From Chrysemys picta bellii (Eukaryota): DNA of 64,000 nt. Below are positions 36,936-50,588 of the stretch, in pieces. Position 1 is the stretch's first letter. Each line of letters opens with the position of its first letter. The notes beneath the pieces are model-generated. The model worked only from the letters and a program-made list of their open reading frames with translations, ran no database searches and was not told the origin of the DNA. The translations under genes were made by a program, and so were the position numbers. The stretch lies in assembly GCF_011386835.1 (NCBI RefSeq), contig NC_088801.1, forward strand, positions 34,286,001 through 34,350,000, read 5' to 3'.

Positions 36936-38511
36936 TAAGTGATTTGTCCAAGGACAGTCAACAAATCAGTGGAGGCATTGGGAAGAACCTGAAACTGGGA
37001 ACCTGAAACTGCTCCAACCTCTAGGCCATGCAAGGGATGTGTTTATTAAAACTATATAGCTTAATTAGCAACTTTATTAAATAGGCTTTTATAATAGGTA
37101 CCCACATTTATGGAATTTGAGCTACTCTGTGATTGTCTCTTTCTAATTTAATAATGAAGGGCCTGATTATGAGTAAGGATCTGAGCCAAAGCCCACTAAA
37201 GTAAATAGAAAGACTCCTGTTGACTTCCATGAATTTTGGCTCAGGCTCCAAAATTATAGACATTACTTTGTGTGCAGTCTATTGGATGTGCACCTCCATG
37301 TAGCTAGATAACCACCTGTCTAATCATATACATTTTAGAGATGTGTGTGTGTGTATCCAGTAGTGGGGGTGCAAAGTAGGTAAGTAGGTACATATATGCA
37401 ATCTTAGGCCCCAATCCTGCCAAACAATTCACCCTCCACACTCCCACTGAAGAATGTGTATCCCACGTGTGTGGATTACTTTACAGGAACAGGCCCTTAA
37501 TTAATAACACCTAGCTCTGGGAGCTGTGGGACTACTGAATGCAGGAAGGACAGTTAGCTAAAACAGACTATGTCTAGTAGGTGGCACAAAAGAAAGGGAC
37601 TGTTGGAGTTGAAACAAATCAGTTAATAGAGTGAAATTGTAAGCAAGCAACCAAGGAATCAACTAAAATTGGTTGCTTAATGAAGTTGATCTTCTATGTG
37701 CATGAGAATTGTGCTAGTGGGCCTGTTTCTCCTCTCATGTGACCCAGTGTGAATCAGAACTCCAGGGAAGGCAATAGATTTAAACTAACCTATGTGATAA
37801 GAAAATCAGATCAAGTCTGGGTTTTTTTGAGGTGATTGTCTACAACAGGAGGGTGCCCAGTAATAGTGGTGTCTTGTTCAGCTTTCAATGTATTAGATGT
37901 TTCTTGGCTTGTATTACTCCCAGATATAGTCACTGGCTGGTTTACTGCTGATTACTGCTGACTTAGAGGAACCTGCTAACTCCTCATCATTGTCAGATAG
38001 ACATTTTAGTTACTATCTGGGGCAAGCATTGACGGTATCATAGACTTTACTGATTAAAAAAAAAAAATCCCAGGGGGCTGAGATATAAGGAGGTGTGAAA
38101 AGAATTGCCTCCTTGTCGATGGTGTACTTGGTTGGCTGTCACTGAATTTGTAGCCATAACAAAGGTTTTTATACACTAGGGGGAAAAATCATGCTTTTAC
38201 CTAGTCTAACCAAACCACCCTTGTTCAGATTGATTCAGCTTCCAGCCTTGGCTCTGACCTCACCCTTACCCTCAATCCTGCCTGACTTCCATGCTGAGAA
38301 TTTTATACAGCCTCCGTTTTCTCTCTGCATAGTTTTTTTTTCTCCGGACAAACATCTATGTTCCACTCATCAACCATTGCTTTAGAAATCTTCAGGCTGG
38401 ATGGTCAGGCATGCAGTGCTGGCAGGTGGTGTAGCTGTTAGGCAGCCTTGTGTATCACAAGAGATCTGATGCTATCAAATTTCTTTTCCCCCAAAGACTA
38501 AAAAGAGTGAG

Positions 38512-38867
38512 NNNNNNNNNNNNNNNNNNNNNNNNNNNNNNNNNNNNNNNNNNNNNNNNNNNNNNNNNNNNNNNNNNNNNNNNNNNNNNNNNNNNNNNNN
38601 NNNNNNNNNNNNNNNNNNNNNNNNNNNNNNNNNNNNNNNNNNNNNNNNNNNNNNNNNNNNNNNNNNNNNNNNNNNGGATGTCCAGTTGCTGCAAGCCCTT
38701 ATTTGCAGAGAGTCACCTCTGTAGTTGNNNNNNNNNNNNNNNNNNNNNNNNNNNNNNNNNNNNNNNNNNNNNNNNNNNNNNNNNNNNNNNNNNNNNNNNN
38801 NNNNNNNNNNNNNNNNNNNNNNNNNNNNNNNNNNNNNNNNNNNNNNNNNNNNNNNNNNNNNNNNNNN
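38512..38867. other. Two assembly gaps (38512-38675, 38728-38867) around a 52-nt island
   Basis: N runs. Confidence 1.
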
Positions 38868-39742
38868 TAATGTCTTTTTTAGCTGTAGGAAGTTTCTCTT
38901 TAAAGATTCACTGCTTCTCTAATGGCACAAAATCAGTAATGGAAACATAAAAATGTTACCTGCATTAAAAACTGGCTTCAGTTTATTGCAAAACAATAGG
39001 TATTATTCAGCATCAAAGGGTTGTTTTACACTGTGTTAGCTAGCTTTTTAAAATAACAATGTCCGTGAATCTAGACACCAATGAACCACCTGAAGTAACT
39101 GAAAATAATCAGTACTAAAATACCTATCTCCTATGTCCGCTTGTGGATACACCTAAAACACCGACAGAGCAGTGATGCTGTTATTGCCATTCCTGGAAGG
39201 ACAGCCTCAAGAAAGTAGTACTTCCAGGAATTATCTTAATGTGCAATTTAATCATCATTTCTAGCACTCTAGCATCTTTCCCAGAAGTACAGTTTTCCAG
39301 AGACAATGATTCTAGTTAAGAGAAAATGTGGGTATCCAAAATTGAATACTGCCCCTTCCCCAGTGGTTTGCAGAAAACTGAAGCTTTGTGGAAATTTTAA
39401 AATTAGGAAGAAGGGAACATAGGACACATTAGGCTGGAAGGTGCCTGTCCTTTCTTTATACTAACTGTTCTACTCACATAATTTATTTTCTTTCAATTAT
39501 TTAGCTTCTTTCTATAACTGTACTGGTTACTTGTGATGCTGCCTTGTTGTCTTGGGGCTGCCTACACATTGGGGTATTGCACTCTTTGGGGTGGGGGGTT
39601 GATTTCTAAAGCGCATTAATATGTTCGGCATTAATTTGTCCATGTAGACCCTGCTGGTGTGCAGTAAATATTCACTTGTGAATTATAGGACTACAGTAAA
39701 GTGCACTAGGCGAGATTTAGTGTGCACTAGCAGGATCTACAC

Positions 39743-40052
39743 CAGGGGTAGGCAACCTATGGCAAGGGTGCCGAAGCCGGCACACGAGCTGATTTTCAGT
39801 GTCACTCACACTGCCCGGGTCCTGGCCACTGGATGGGGGGCTCTGCATTTTAATTTAATTTTAAATGAAGTTTTCTAAACATTTTAAAAACCTTATTTAC
39901 TTTATATACAACAATAGTTTAGTTATATATTATAGACTTATAGAAAGAGACCTTCTAAAAACGTTAAAATGTATTACTGGCACGTGAAACCTTAAATTAG
40001 AGTGAATAAATGAAGACTCGGCACACCACCTCTGAAAGGTTGCTGACCCCTG
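39743..40052. mobile_element. hAT MITE A (310 bp)
   Basis: TIRs CAGGGGTAGGCAACC / GGTTGCTGACCCCTG. TSD ATCTACAC at 39735-39742 and 40053-40060. Confidence 0.9.
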
Positions 40053-40060
40053 ATCTACAC

Positions 40061-40580
40061 CAAGGGCGGGCAAACTTTTTGGCCTGAGGGCCACATCAGG
40101 TTTTGTAAATTGTATGGAGGGCCAGTTAGCGGGGGGTTGTGCTCGGCCCCCACTTCCTATCTGCCCCTCTCCTGGGACTCTTGCCCCATCCAACCCCCCC
40201 TGTTCCCTGACGGCCCCTTTGGGACCCCTGCCCCATCCAACCACCCCTTCTCCCTGTCCGCCTGGAGCACCGGTGGCTGGCGGCGCTACAGCCATGCCGC
40301 CCGGCTAGATCCGGGCCACGCTGTCGCCACTGCCGCCACCTCCACCACACAGCACAGAGCACCGGGTCAGGCCAGGCTCTGCAGCTGCACTGCCCCAGGA
40401 GCTCACAGCCCCGCTGCCCAGAGCATTGCGCCGGTGGCGGAGCGAGCGAGCTGAGGCTGCGAGGGAGGGGAACAGTGGGGGAGGGGCCAGGACTAGCCTC
40501 CCAGGCCAGGAGCTCGGGGGCCGGGCAGGACAGTCCTGAGGGCCAGCTGTGGCCCGCGGGCTGTAGTTTGCCCACTCCTG
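40061..40580. mobile_element. hAT MITE B (520 bp, GC-rich core)
   Basis: TIRs CAAGGGCGGGCAAAC / GTTTGCCCACTCCTG. TSD ATCTACAC at 40053-40060 and 40581-40588. Confidence 0.9.
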
Positions 40581-41740
40581 ATCTACACAGACCAATTAAA
40601 GCACAACACGTTAGTGTGCTTTAGAACTCACACCCCCACAATACACATTATCCCTTAAGACAAGCCCTTATTTTGTATAGTAAGTACTCTGGGGCAGATC
40701 CTCCACTGATGTAAATCGTCTTAGCTGCATCAACCTCAATGCATTGTTTTTAATGCCTATCCCTTTCCTAGAATGAATGTATACCTTTGTGGGTACCCAA
40801 AGTAGCCCCCTCTCCCAGTCCTTTCAGATATATTTGATTGTTATGGGGAGCACATCTATAAATACTGTATATGTATAGTCAGCACTGATTTGGGGGGAAG
40901 AATCAGTAATAAACAGAAATGAGCCCTGCTGAAATATCCTTGTGTGTTTCAAGGGTAAGAGAAACATAAAAATGGTGATCAATAATTACTTATAAAATAC
41001 TGGTAGCAAACTCCTAACCCTGGTACATGGTAATGTTTAGAAGACCCTTTCTTCCCCCAAAAGAAAACATATTTTTACATTTTCAAAAGTCTCAATGGTC
41101 ATTTCTATCCCCTAAATACTCAGTTCGCTAACAAAATTCAACTTTGTGGAAACAGATGCAATGCTGTTGACTGCAACAGAATTATGTCTGCATATATCAG
41201 TGGTGAATTTGGCCCCAGGTTTATTGCAAATACCTTGGCTGTTGTCATATGATGTGGTAAATCAAGCTCAGAGCAAATCAAGCAGACTGGCTGTGGCTGC
41301 ATCACTATTTTATACAACTCAGGTCACAATGGACAGGACAATGCTGCATTGTGAAATTCAGTGTTAAGCAAAATAAATTATTTCTAATCTTTTATAGAAA
41401 TATAGCTCAGATGGCCTTAAAGAGGGATTTAGGTAGCATGACCACTATTGGAAACATCAGAGACATTTAAAAGTCTAAGACAAAAATACCATCACCCGAG
41501 AGGAAAGCAGATGTTGGTGTGGGACTCTGATGTTTTTGCAGTTCCTCAAATCCCATCCAATTGTTGCACACGCCCTCCAGTAATAAAGATATTCATTCTC
41601 ACTACAGAAAATGAAAGTGATGCAACATGCCAGTCTTCAAAGCCTGCAAACAGTAAATGTGATATTGAACAGAGAAGAGCTAATGAAAACAATCACATTA
41701 AACATAGCTCTTCAGTGTTCAGTGCTCAATAAGTGAGCAG

Positions 41741-42056
41741 NNNNNNNNNNNNNNNNNNNNNNNNNNNNNNNNNNNNNNNNNNNNNNNNNNNNNNNNNNNN
41801 NNNNNNNNNNNNNNNNNNNNNNNNNNNNNNNNNNNNNNNNNNNNNNNNNNNNNNNNNNNNNNNNNNNNNNNNNNNNNNNNNNNNNNNNNNNNNNNNNNNN
41901 NNNNNNNNNNNNNNNNNNNNNNNNNNNNNNNNNNNNNNNNNNNNNNNNNNNNNNNNNNNNNNNNNNNNNNNNNNNNNNNNNNNNNNNNNNNNNNNNNNNN
42001 NNNNNNNNNNNNNNNNNNNNNNNNNNNNNNNNNNNNNNNNNNNNNNNNNNNNNNNN
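41741..42056. other. Assembly gap (N run)
   Basis: Continuous N. Confidence 1.
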
Positions 42057-42152
42057 TATTGGGACAATTAAAAGTCATCACTGTGACAGCAAATCAAAGG
42101 TTCCATTCCTAGGATTGCAGTATCAGGCTAGAGTTTGCCTGCTTACCTTTTA

Positions 42153-42432
42153 AGCCATGTCTACACTAGGGAGAATTTGCAGACACGCTTCACTATAGCT
42201 AACACCAGTTCAGTGGCACCAGCATTAGCAATGTGAGGAACCCTGGAGTATATAGGCTGCTGGGCTTTTAAAGCACTATGTTACCTAACCCTACTTAGAG
42301 CAAGTTGATTGGATACAGTGCTTAAAATGCTGTTCATTTGTCTATGCTAGAGCTCCTAACAGCAGTGGAGATGAATCAGTGTTAGCAATGATGAGAAATT
42401 TTTGCAAAAATGCCTGTAGTGTAGACAGAAAG
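42153..42432. mobile_element. Old Harbinger-type MITE
   Basis: TTA then AGCCATGTCTACACTAG on the left. GTAGTGTAGACAG on the right, with outer bases decayed. Confidence 0.65.
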
Positions 42433-45400
42433 TAGGATAGAGTGGCTTTTTGCCTTTTGTTTTTTAAAGAAATCATCCATTAACTGTTAATTAGTGGTAA
42501 ACATGGTGGCTTGCATTTTATTCGTGAACGTGGTTTATATTCTTCCAGACATGAGACGGTGCTTGAGAACTTTCATTCAGAGGCAATATTTATAAATCTT
42601 TATCGTTTTAAAAAGTACAGGTTTCGTTTGACTCCTGATAAGTTCATAGGCGTAATACCACCTATTCGTGTGGCACTTGACTACTCTTTGGAAATATAAG
42701 CTGAAGGTACTTAGGTCACTAGAGGGCAAATTTTGGTCCTACTAAAGACAGGAAGAGCTGTGCAACAATTTCAGGTGGACCAGGATTTGTCCCCAAACGC
42801 ATTTTTTTCAGTTAGCATGTATCCCCCCAGTAGCAATTTCTGTTATTCACAGCATATAGATTATGTCTGTAATATTCTTATTGTTTCTAATTTTAAGAGA
42901 GAGGTTTAAAAATGTGCAAGCTGGTTTTCAGCTGTTTTCACTGTTCCTTTAAGCATTTATAATTAACAATACAATTTACTCACAACAGTGTACGGCACAA
43001 AAACTTTTGTTTAACATTGTAATGCATTTATATATGTACCAAACTACCCAAAAGTAATTGGGTAAGTCAGTGAACTGTGATATGCGCTGGTTCGCAAACA
43101 GCATGGACAGTTTGGCGTTCACTGAGCTTCCATCCGCCTCAATAAATTCAGTTCAGATTCTTGCTATAGGAATTGACAGCAGATATCTTATCCCCAAAAG
43201 TGTATTATTTACATTTTTTGATATGTTACATTGCATTACAGCCTGTCATGTTGGATCTCATCACAAACAGATATAATATTGCATAAAATGATGTAACATG
43301 ATGACAGACATCAGAAATACTTTTTTGTTAAGATATTATAGCTGGTATCTGAAATGTTTCTGAATGATTTCTAAAACATTTGGGAAGCTAAGAGAAGTAG
43401 ATTATACTTTACTACAGCAACCACAAAGCAGCCTCTTCCAGCCATCGTTTTAAATAAAGCTACATCATTTTGCAGTTTCATGAACCCTCAGAAACATATT
43501 TTGCAAATATTTTTAAAGGAGTCATTAGGAGGTAAATTGCTAAAGCACATGTTCAGTAATACCATAAAATGACAACAGCTGCTGCAAATTAGCCTGGCTC
43601 AAAGAAAACCACAGAAATATATTGCAAACTTTAACAACGTACTGGAGCTGGTGATTGTTCACACCATTGCTAGCCACTCATTTCTGATATACAGTTGGCG
43701 GAGGAACATTAATTTGTCCTTGTTCTTGAGACTGGCAGGTGTCACTTTGCCCAGTGTGCGACGTGAGTGACAGATATTTTGCAGCTGATGAAATGAGAAT
43801 GCAGAAATTCAAGAGTGCCTCTGGGATTTCACTGGTCATTTGTGGCCAGCGCAAGGGCAGGGCACGCTGCTTTGCTAATGCAGAACTGACTGTTGTTGCT
43901 ACTGCTGCAGGCTGCTGCAGATTCACACCATTTTAAATAATATTTGTATTATGAGGCTTTCCCCCCACCATCACCGGGATGGTAGTTTGCTTTTTTCCTA
44001 GGTTGATATTGTCTGGAAAACTATTATAATTGCTTTTTGCTGTGCTATATGCCAAAACCTGATTTCAAAGGAAAATTGCCTACATATTTTGCAGTCTGTG
44101 TTCAAATCTTTATATATCATTAATAAACTTAATCAAAAATATGACAGGCATATAAAAATGTAATTTATAGGTACTGTATCAATATGGAAGGAGGGGAAGA
44201 TATTGCATCAACTAAAGTATTTCTTTCATAAATATATAAAACTAGAAAAATGTTTTCCATGCAGAATGCACATTATTTATGTCTAAATAACAGAGGAGGC
44301 TGGAACAAATATTGTAATCTTAAAGAATTAAGACTGAGATTTGCTGAATTCTTAACATTTCTCTTTCTTTCACATTTCTCTTTTAAGACAGAGTGTTTGG
44401 GAAGGATTGGGAGAGTTAGTGTTTAGGATTTCTACATTGAAGAAAATTAATATTTTCAATAATAAGTACAAGAAAAAGAAACTGTATAGTTGGTAGCTCA
44501 TATCAATATTTTTTGCCTTCGCTTAAATGATAATTATTTTTATGGCCAGCTTTTTTATGCAGAAGAAAAGAACGGGTTAAAATATTCTATAATTTCTTAA
44601 ACACATTGCTAAAAGAACTTTAGTGCATATGAATAAGGGGGGAAAGTACTGTAAAAGCAAATACCTTTTTTTCAAAAACACAAACTATTTTGCAAGGAGG
44701 ATATTTTCTAAAATAATACACATTTCAGAAAAATGTCTCATTTGCTAGTCATTTTTAGATTGCATATACCTCTTGGTGTAACCCACAGAACCACTCACAG
44801 CATTTTTAATTGTGATGCAATCTTATTAACATATTTGCCTCTTTAATGATTTTCTGTCCAAATGTTAAGAGATTTTACTCAGTCAAACTCAGACTGAGTC
44901 AAATCTGCAAAAGGTTGAGGCTTTTTTATCTTTTTATACATGTGGTATCTCTGGATATCTATTCATATTTTAAAAGAAACAAAACATTTTAATCTATCTA
45001 TTTATAAAGATCATGTTGGTTACATATGAGATATGGTCACGCACATCAAGGCTGATGGTAGATTGCAGGTCACGAGTCAGGAATTGTATGACGAGGATAA
45101 ATAAAAACTAGAAAATTTTCCAATCTGTTTAAAGGAACAATTATGGATAGTGGTACATGAGTAGTATATTAATGCAAGACTTTGGTTATATGTATAGAGT
45201 TATCTGACTTCATTTTCTATTAATATCTTTGACTGAAATAATATCAGTTTGTAATAAATAAATAAATAATGCCATATGTTTATTATGAAAACATGTAATT
45301 TCACGGTGAACTTTTCATATTCATTGAAATAATTGACATTAACAATCCTTGCAGAGAAATATATGAGATTAAAATATTGATACAGACTGAAGATGTGAGA

Positions 45401-48400
45401 ATGTTGTTTAATGTCATTTGCCAAATGTTGTATTATCATACATATAATTACTTACGTTAAATAATTTGAAAAACATATAAGTGGCATATGACATTATACA
45501 AAATTAGTAATTTAGTATAATTCTATTACAGAATTATTTTGAATGGAATAAATATTTTCCTCTCAAACCATCTCTCTCTCTCAAAACCTATAACATAGTG
45601 TAACAAAACAAAACAATAAGCCACACAATTACAATTAGTTTTTCCTACTTTCAATACAAAGATAAATTGTTATCTTTTGGAAAATCAAATATTTTTTCTA
45701 ACCAGTGTGTTTCTTTAATTAAACTCTATTCTTTATAGTGATCAAATATAATTAGGAATAACAAGTATTTAATGAAAACAAACTGCTTCTCTGAAACCAT
45801 TCCAAAATGCTTTACTTTAAGTCCAATAGCTGTTCCAGGAAGATCACTGTATCACAACAAATAAAAATAAATACATTATTTTAAAAATAAATGCTATATG
45901 CATTGCACCATTTAAAAAAAGTACAAAAAACCCTATAGATCTAGAATCTGTACCTGTTGTACAAGTCATGCTATTGTTTAAGATATTTATTCCAAACGGC
46001 TAGTGGTTCAATGTGTTATAGATCTGTCCTTTAACTATCCCATCTGATATCATTATGGACTAAGTCATTACACCAGTATCTTTGATTATTACTATGTGAC
46101 TGAGAGGAGAAGAAACTGTGCTTATACTGGACTCATTGACAGTGAGGTGCTATAGCAACTCTCCTGTAATTAATTGTGAGTGAAAAGGGGTTTGGTTTTT
46201 GCAGCCTCGTAAAACTTTTCCCACATGGCTGAACCCACGGTCAGGAGACGTTAGGCAACATTAACTGCCTGTACATTTCTGCAAGGCTCTGGAGGAAGCG
46301 ACTAGGCACTGGGGCTCCAATTCTGAGAACCCTGGGACACGAGACATCAGCGTCTACTTTCATCTTAGCTGAGATTTGGAGAGGGTTCAGACCACAGAGG
46401 CTCCTTAATTCTCACTAATTCATTTGCTTTCCTGATTCACTTGGCTTGGGATAACCTGCGAATGATAATGAACCTGTAAGGGGAGCGCTTAGTCCCTTGC
46501 CTTTGAATGTGCTCGGCATGGATTGAGGGCTTTCTGTGAATCTTGCAAGAGGAAAAGAATCTTATTAGCACTGATTGCTAGTCATGAGGTGTCTCTAAAA
46601 ATTGCTCTTGTATTTTTAACTCTTGCTTGCATGTAACAACCACAGCTACAGAGAGAGATTTCTTGTCTACTATACATGGTGTACAGCAGTGTTGTCAACA
46701 TTTACTGATTTCTCTTTGTAATTTGATCTAATCATAACAATACATTTGTTTTCTCATGTCATTACTACACTGCTATGAACCCTTCATCATTTTTCCCATG
46801 ATTATTCTGCAAGTTTATAACTACCCAAGTCCTTGTCTCTTCACCCCCAGCTAACCATCCTCTTCGCATAAATGTATACTCTCTAGAATTAAGGGTCTAA
46901 TTTTCTTTTTTCCTTTTTTTGTTAACCATTTCAGCAGTGCACATAAAGAACTGTAATCCTGTTACTAGCACATTTTCTATGTCTCTGGAATTCTGTCATG
47001 TAGCTCTTTTTCTTTTGCCATAAGTATGTTGTGGATCTGTAATTCCTACATAAATAAGAATTTGTGCCCCTGACGAAAATGCAACAAACAAACTGACCAA
47101 AAGTGGCCTATTTTAGAGAAAGCAATAAAAGGGTAATCTGAGTCTGTTTGTCAAAGGAACATTGGTCTCTGATGTTCTGACAAAATGACATTATTATTAT
47201 TTATTTTATTATTTTGCTTTCACATATGCAAATTACAAATAACTGTACAGAAGAACATGGATCAAAAAAGCTGAAACCTGTAAATGCCAGTAGGGTTCAA
47301 ATGAGACCATCAAACTCCCTTCTAGAGCCTGAATTGAAACCCTGGATCTATGTTTGGGGGATTTGGGCTCCAAACCTAAATTTTCTGAGTATACCTATAA
47401 TGGTCTGAACTAAAATCCCAAACCTGAACACCCCCAAATATTTGAGACCATTCAGATCCTAACATTGTGCCTTGTACCCATCTCTATTCACTTGACTACA
47501 GAATTAAGTTGTCTAACAACCTAAATCTCCCCAATGAGGACTCTACTTTAAATTTTAGCGGGGATAATATGACTTCTCTGCAGTGCATATGGTGCTCTCT
47601 GCTATGGCTGCTAGGCTGTTAATATAGTGCACATGCTGTTCATGACGTCCTGGTGGTCCCGCTTTGGTGCTTCACACTGCAAAGTGCATGGTTTAGGTCA
47701 AAAGAGCAGTTACCCCACATGGATCCCACATCTGGAAGAGCTGTTCTGTTAACAGCTGTGAATGGTGCATTGAACTGAGATGAAGGTGAAATTATTTTAC
47801 TTTGATTTTATTTTCACATTTATCTGGGTGAGGCAATGCTCCACGTGCCCAACCAGAGGAACTGCCACTAGTTTCTCAAATGAGAAGCTCATGAAATAAC
47901 TGCATTCCCCTCATACTATGGACATTAAAACTTTTTTTTTATTAGATGCACATATTTTGTTGTTTCTTCAAAAGACTTCTAGATGACAATATATTATATA
48001 CAGTTACAGGCTATTTTCTAAGAAAGAATTGGGAAAATTCTGAGATTGATCAGCTCAATTATTCTTTATAGGGCAGGAATATTAGAGTTGTTTGGAAAAT
48101 GGAATTTTGTTCCAGGGTTATTCCAATATTTTGATATGTGTTTGTCAAAATATCGAAAAATGTCATGGAACAAAAAGTTGGCATTTTTCAAAGTGACATT
48201 TCAACTTAAATCAACCCTAAAATGTCACTTTGGAAAAATTTAAAAAATCATTAAAATTGCTACTTTTTCATGGAAACATTCAGTTTCAATTAAACCATAT
48301 TTTCTGATGAATTTTTTTTCATCTGAATATTTGTGAGCCGCGGTAGTGAACCCTGGGTACATTCAGGGTGAAATTTCTCCTAATCAAAAAGGTTGTGCTT

Positions 48401-48666
48401 AGTTTTTATCCATTTATTTCCGGTCACCAAGAACTCTTGTACTAAACATCACATGAAATCTGAATTATGCAGCCAAAACTCCAGTATTATGCAGCAATGC
48501 TAACACAATGGAAAAAAACCTTCATTACCACCAACTGGGTGCCACAAATCTACCTCCCATTTGTAGATTGGCTGCGTATAGCCTAGAAACATTCCAACCT
48601 AAGCCAGCTGTGTCAAGTGAGCTCTAGAGCCCCCTTTCCCTTGAAAAACATGTGGCAACAGAAGGA

Positions 48667-48842
48667 AGAACAGTCTTATGGTCAAAACAGTGGACCTAGG
48701 CCCAGCTCTACCCCCCCCAGTTTAGACAAATCATTTGAATCCCCTGTGCCTCATTTACATAATCTGTAAAACTAGGGATTATTTTAACCCTACCTCACAG
48801 TGGTGTAATGCAGCACATTCATTAATGTTTGAGGCACTCTGA
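48667..48842 (+). mobile_element. MIR/CORE-SINE relic
   Basis: GACAAATCATTTGAATCCCCTGTGCCTCATTTACATAATCTGTAAAAC...CCTACCTCACAG resembles the MIR core. Confidence 0.6.
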
Positions 48843-50535
48843 GAGGTATAATTGAAAAGCCAATATACAATAATGTACACAGGAAGGAGTAGATGCTTCA
48901 GGTCAGTCATGGTTGTGGGGAGGCCTCAGAAGGGGACTACATGTGGGAATTGATAACATTAAAACTCTACAGTGGGGGGACTTGAAGGAAGAAGTGATTA
49001 ATCTGTGGAGCTCTGCCAAAGGAGAACCCCGACTCTGGTCAAATTTAGAAACTCCAGAGAACATGAACATCCCCAGCTGTGGAGTTCTTAAAACGTGCAG
49101 GCAGAGAATCCAACCATTCAGTATGTTCTGGCAAAACACTTCAGGTACATAGTATGGGGCTCTTTTCTTAGGCACTTGAAGAATTACACAGCTAGCAAAA
49201 AGCACTAGTTGCTCTGTCAGTAGGGGCAAGCCCTCTTCCAAAAGTCTACTCCCTGCTGCTTACGCTCCCTTTGGCTTCTTCAGGTGCTTCCTGGCCACCT
49301 GTCTGCCACTCACCTGTTCCAAGCCTCCTGGCTGATCATATATGAGCCAGCTTTACAGAAGGACGAGATCACACACACCCATTACTTTATCTTTATACCT
49401 CCTTACACCCACTTATTTGCTGCTTTTCTTACTACAAATCCAACCTCCAGCTCCATCAGTATATTAGTTATACCAACCTGCGGTATTATTCACTCACCAA
49501 AATCTTGGTCCCATTGAAGCTAGAGGGAATTTTAGACCAGTGTTAAACCCACTTTCACAAACCTACTAATGTGTAACTTACACTGTAGTTTGTCACCTCT
49601 GAATTTCACCACACACTTCCAATTTCGCTGCTCAATGATATGCAGTTCTACATAAACAAAATTCCCCAAAGTGATTAACTGATCTTGCACCTCGAACTAC
49701 AAATGGGTGGGTTAGGTACAATCAGAATGTAGCACTCACCACATTCTCCAAGCCTTCTTGCAAATGTGCTATAGGAGAAATTATTTTCTCCTCTAACATT
49801 CTAGTCAAAAAAAGCACCAATTGGCACATTATACTCATTTACATACATTTTCTATTAAATTTTTCTATCATAAAAAATTGCCTTTATGATCCAGGCACGT
49901 AATTTATTATGCAATGCACCACCACCATCATCACACTGAATTGCATTTTACGTGTTTATACTAACAGGGAAGGTGATCAGCTTTAGCTTTCTTTTCATTA
50001 TATGCATCATTCATCCTCCACCACCAAGATCTCTGGATTTTGTAGCATATCCATCATTATCTAACTGCCAACTGTTTTCAGAGGTTCCACTGCTTTAAGC
50101 TCATTATTTCTTCAGATTGGTGAATGTACAGAGAATCTTTCTTCAATATACAGCAGTCAGCATGGTACATGTGTACAGATGAATGGTAGGGGTTTGTCCT
50201 TCACAGTCTCTTTGTACCTAGCTTAGCCCCAGAACTGTATCATGTAATGAGCAGCAAATGCATACTCATATGTCTAAAAATAATAAAAAGTTAAATGATG
50301 TTAAAATAATAGCCAAATAAAGATCTCTTTTTATAACTGAGCTGTTGTGAACACATCTAGTTTCCAGCTTGTACAGTAGTTTGGGGTAGTAGTTACTCTT
50401 TTCTTTTAATGCAGGTTCAAGTACAAAGAGCTATGTTAAGATGTGGGATTTCTTTCCTTTCTCCATTTGCCTTAGTGCATTAATTTAATTTAATCAATAG
50501 CAGAATGGGGATAACTGGGGGAATAGGATAGTTTA

Positions 50536-50588
50536 GGGGACTGATAATGGGATATTGAACCTTTCATCTCTAGATCATTGATTCAAAA
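50536..50588 (+). mobile_element. LF-SINE 5' (tRNA-derived) head fragment
   Basis: GAACCTTTCATCTCTAGATCATTGATTCAAA resembles the recalled LF-SINE head CCTTTCACCTCTAGGTCGCTGGTTCAAA. Confidence 0.45.

Larger units (their letters stand above)
39555..40667. mobile_element. Old palindromic Harbinger-type MITE, host of two hAT MITEs
   Basis: Degenerate TIRs GGGCTGCCTACAC ... AGACAAGCCC followed by TTA. Removing the inserts restores ~66-nt inverted arms (TTCTAAAGCGCATTAA... / ...TTAGTGTGCTTTAGAA). Confidence 0.65.

Noticed and set aside
39735-40588. Repeat-spacer-repeat pattern resembling CRISPR
   Set aside because: The repeats are 8-bp TSDs, the spacers are TIR-bounded MITEs, the genome is eukaryotic and there are no cas genes.
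43781-43893. C/D box snoRNA-like TGATGA...CTGA
   Set aside because: The C box lacks the leading purine, the terminal stem is only 4 bp, and no guide target was recognised. Expected by chance.
45954-46099. Minus-strand exon-like segment with good acceptor and donor
   Set aside because: Stops in all three frames. It could be a non-coding exon, but there is no evidence.
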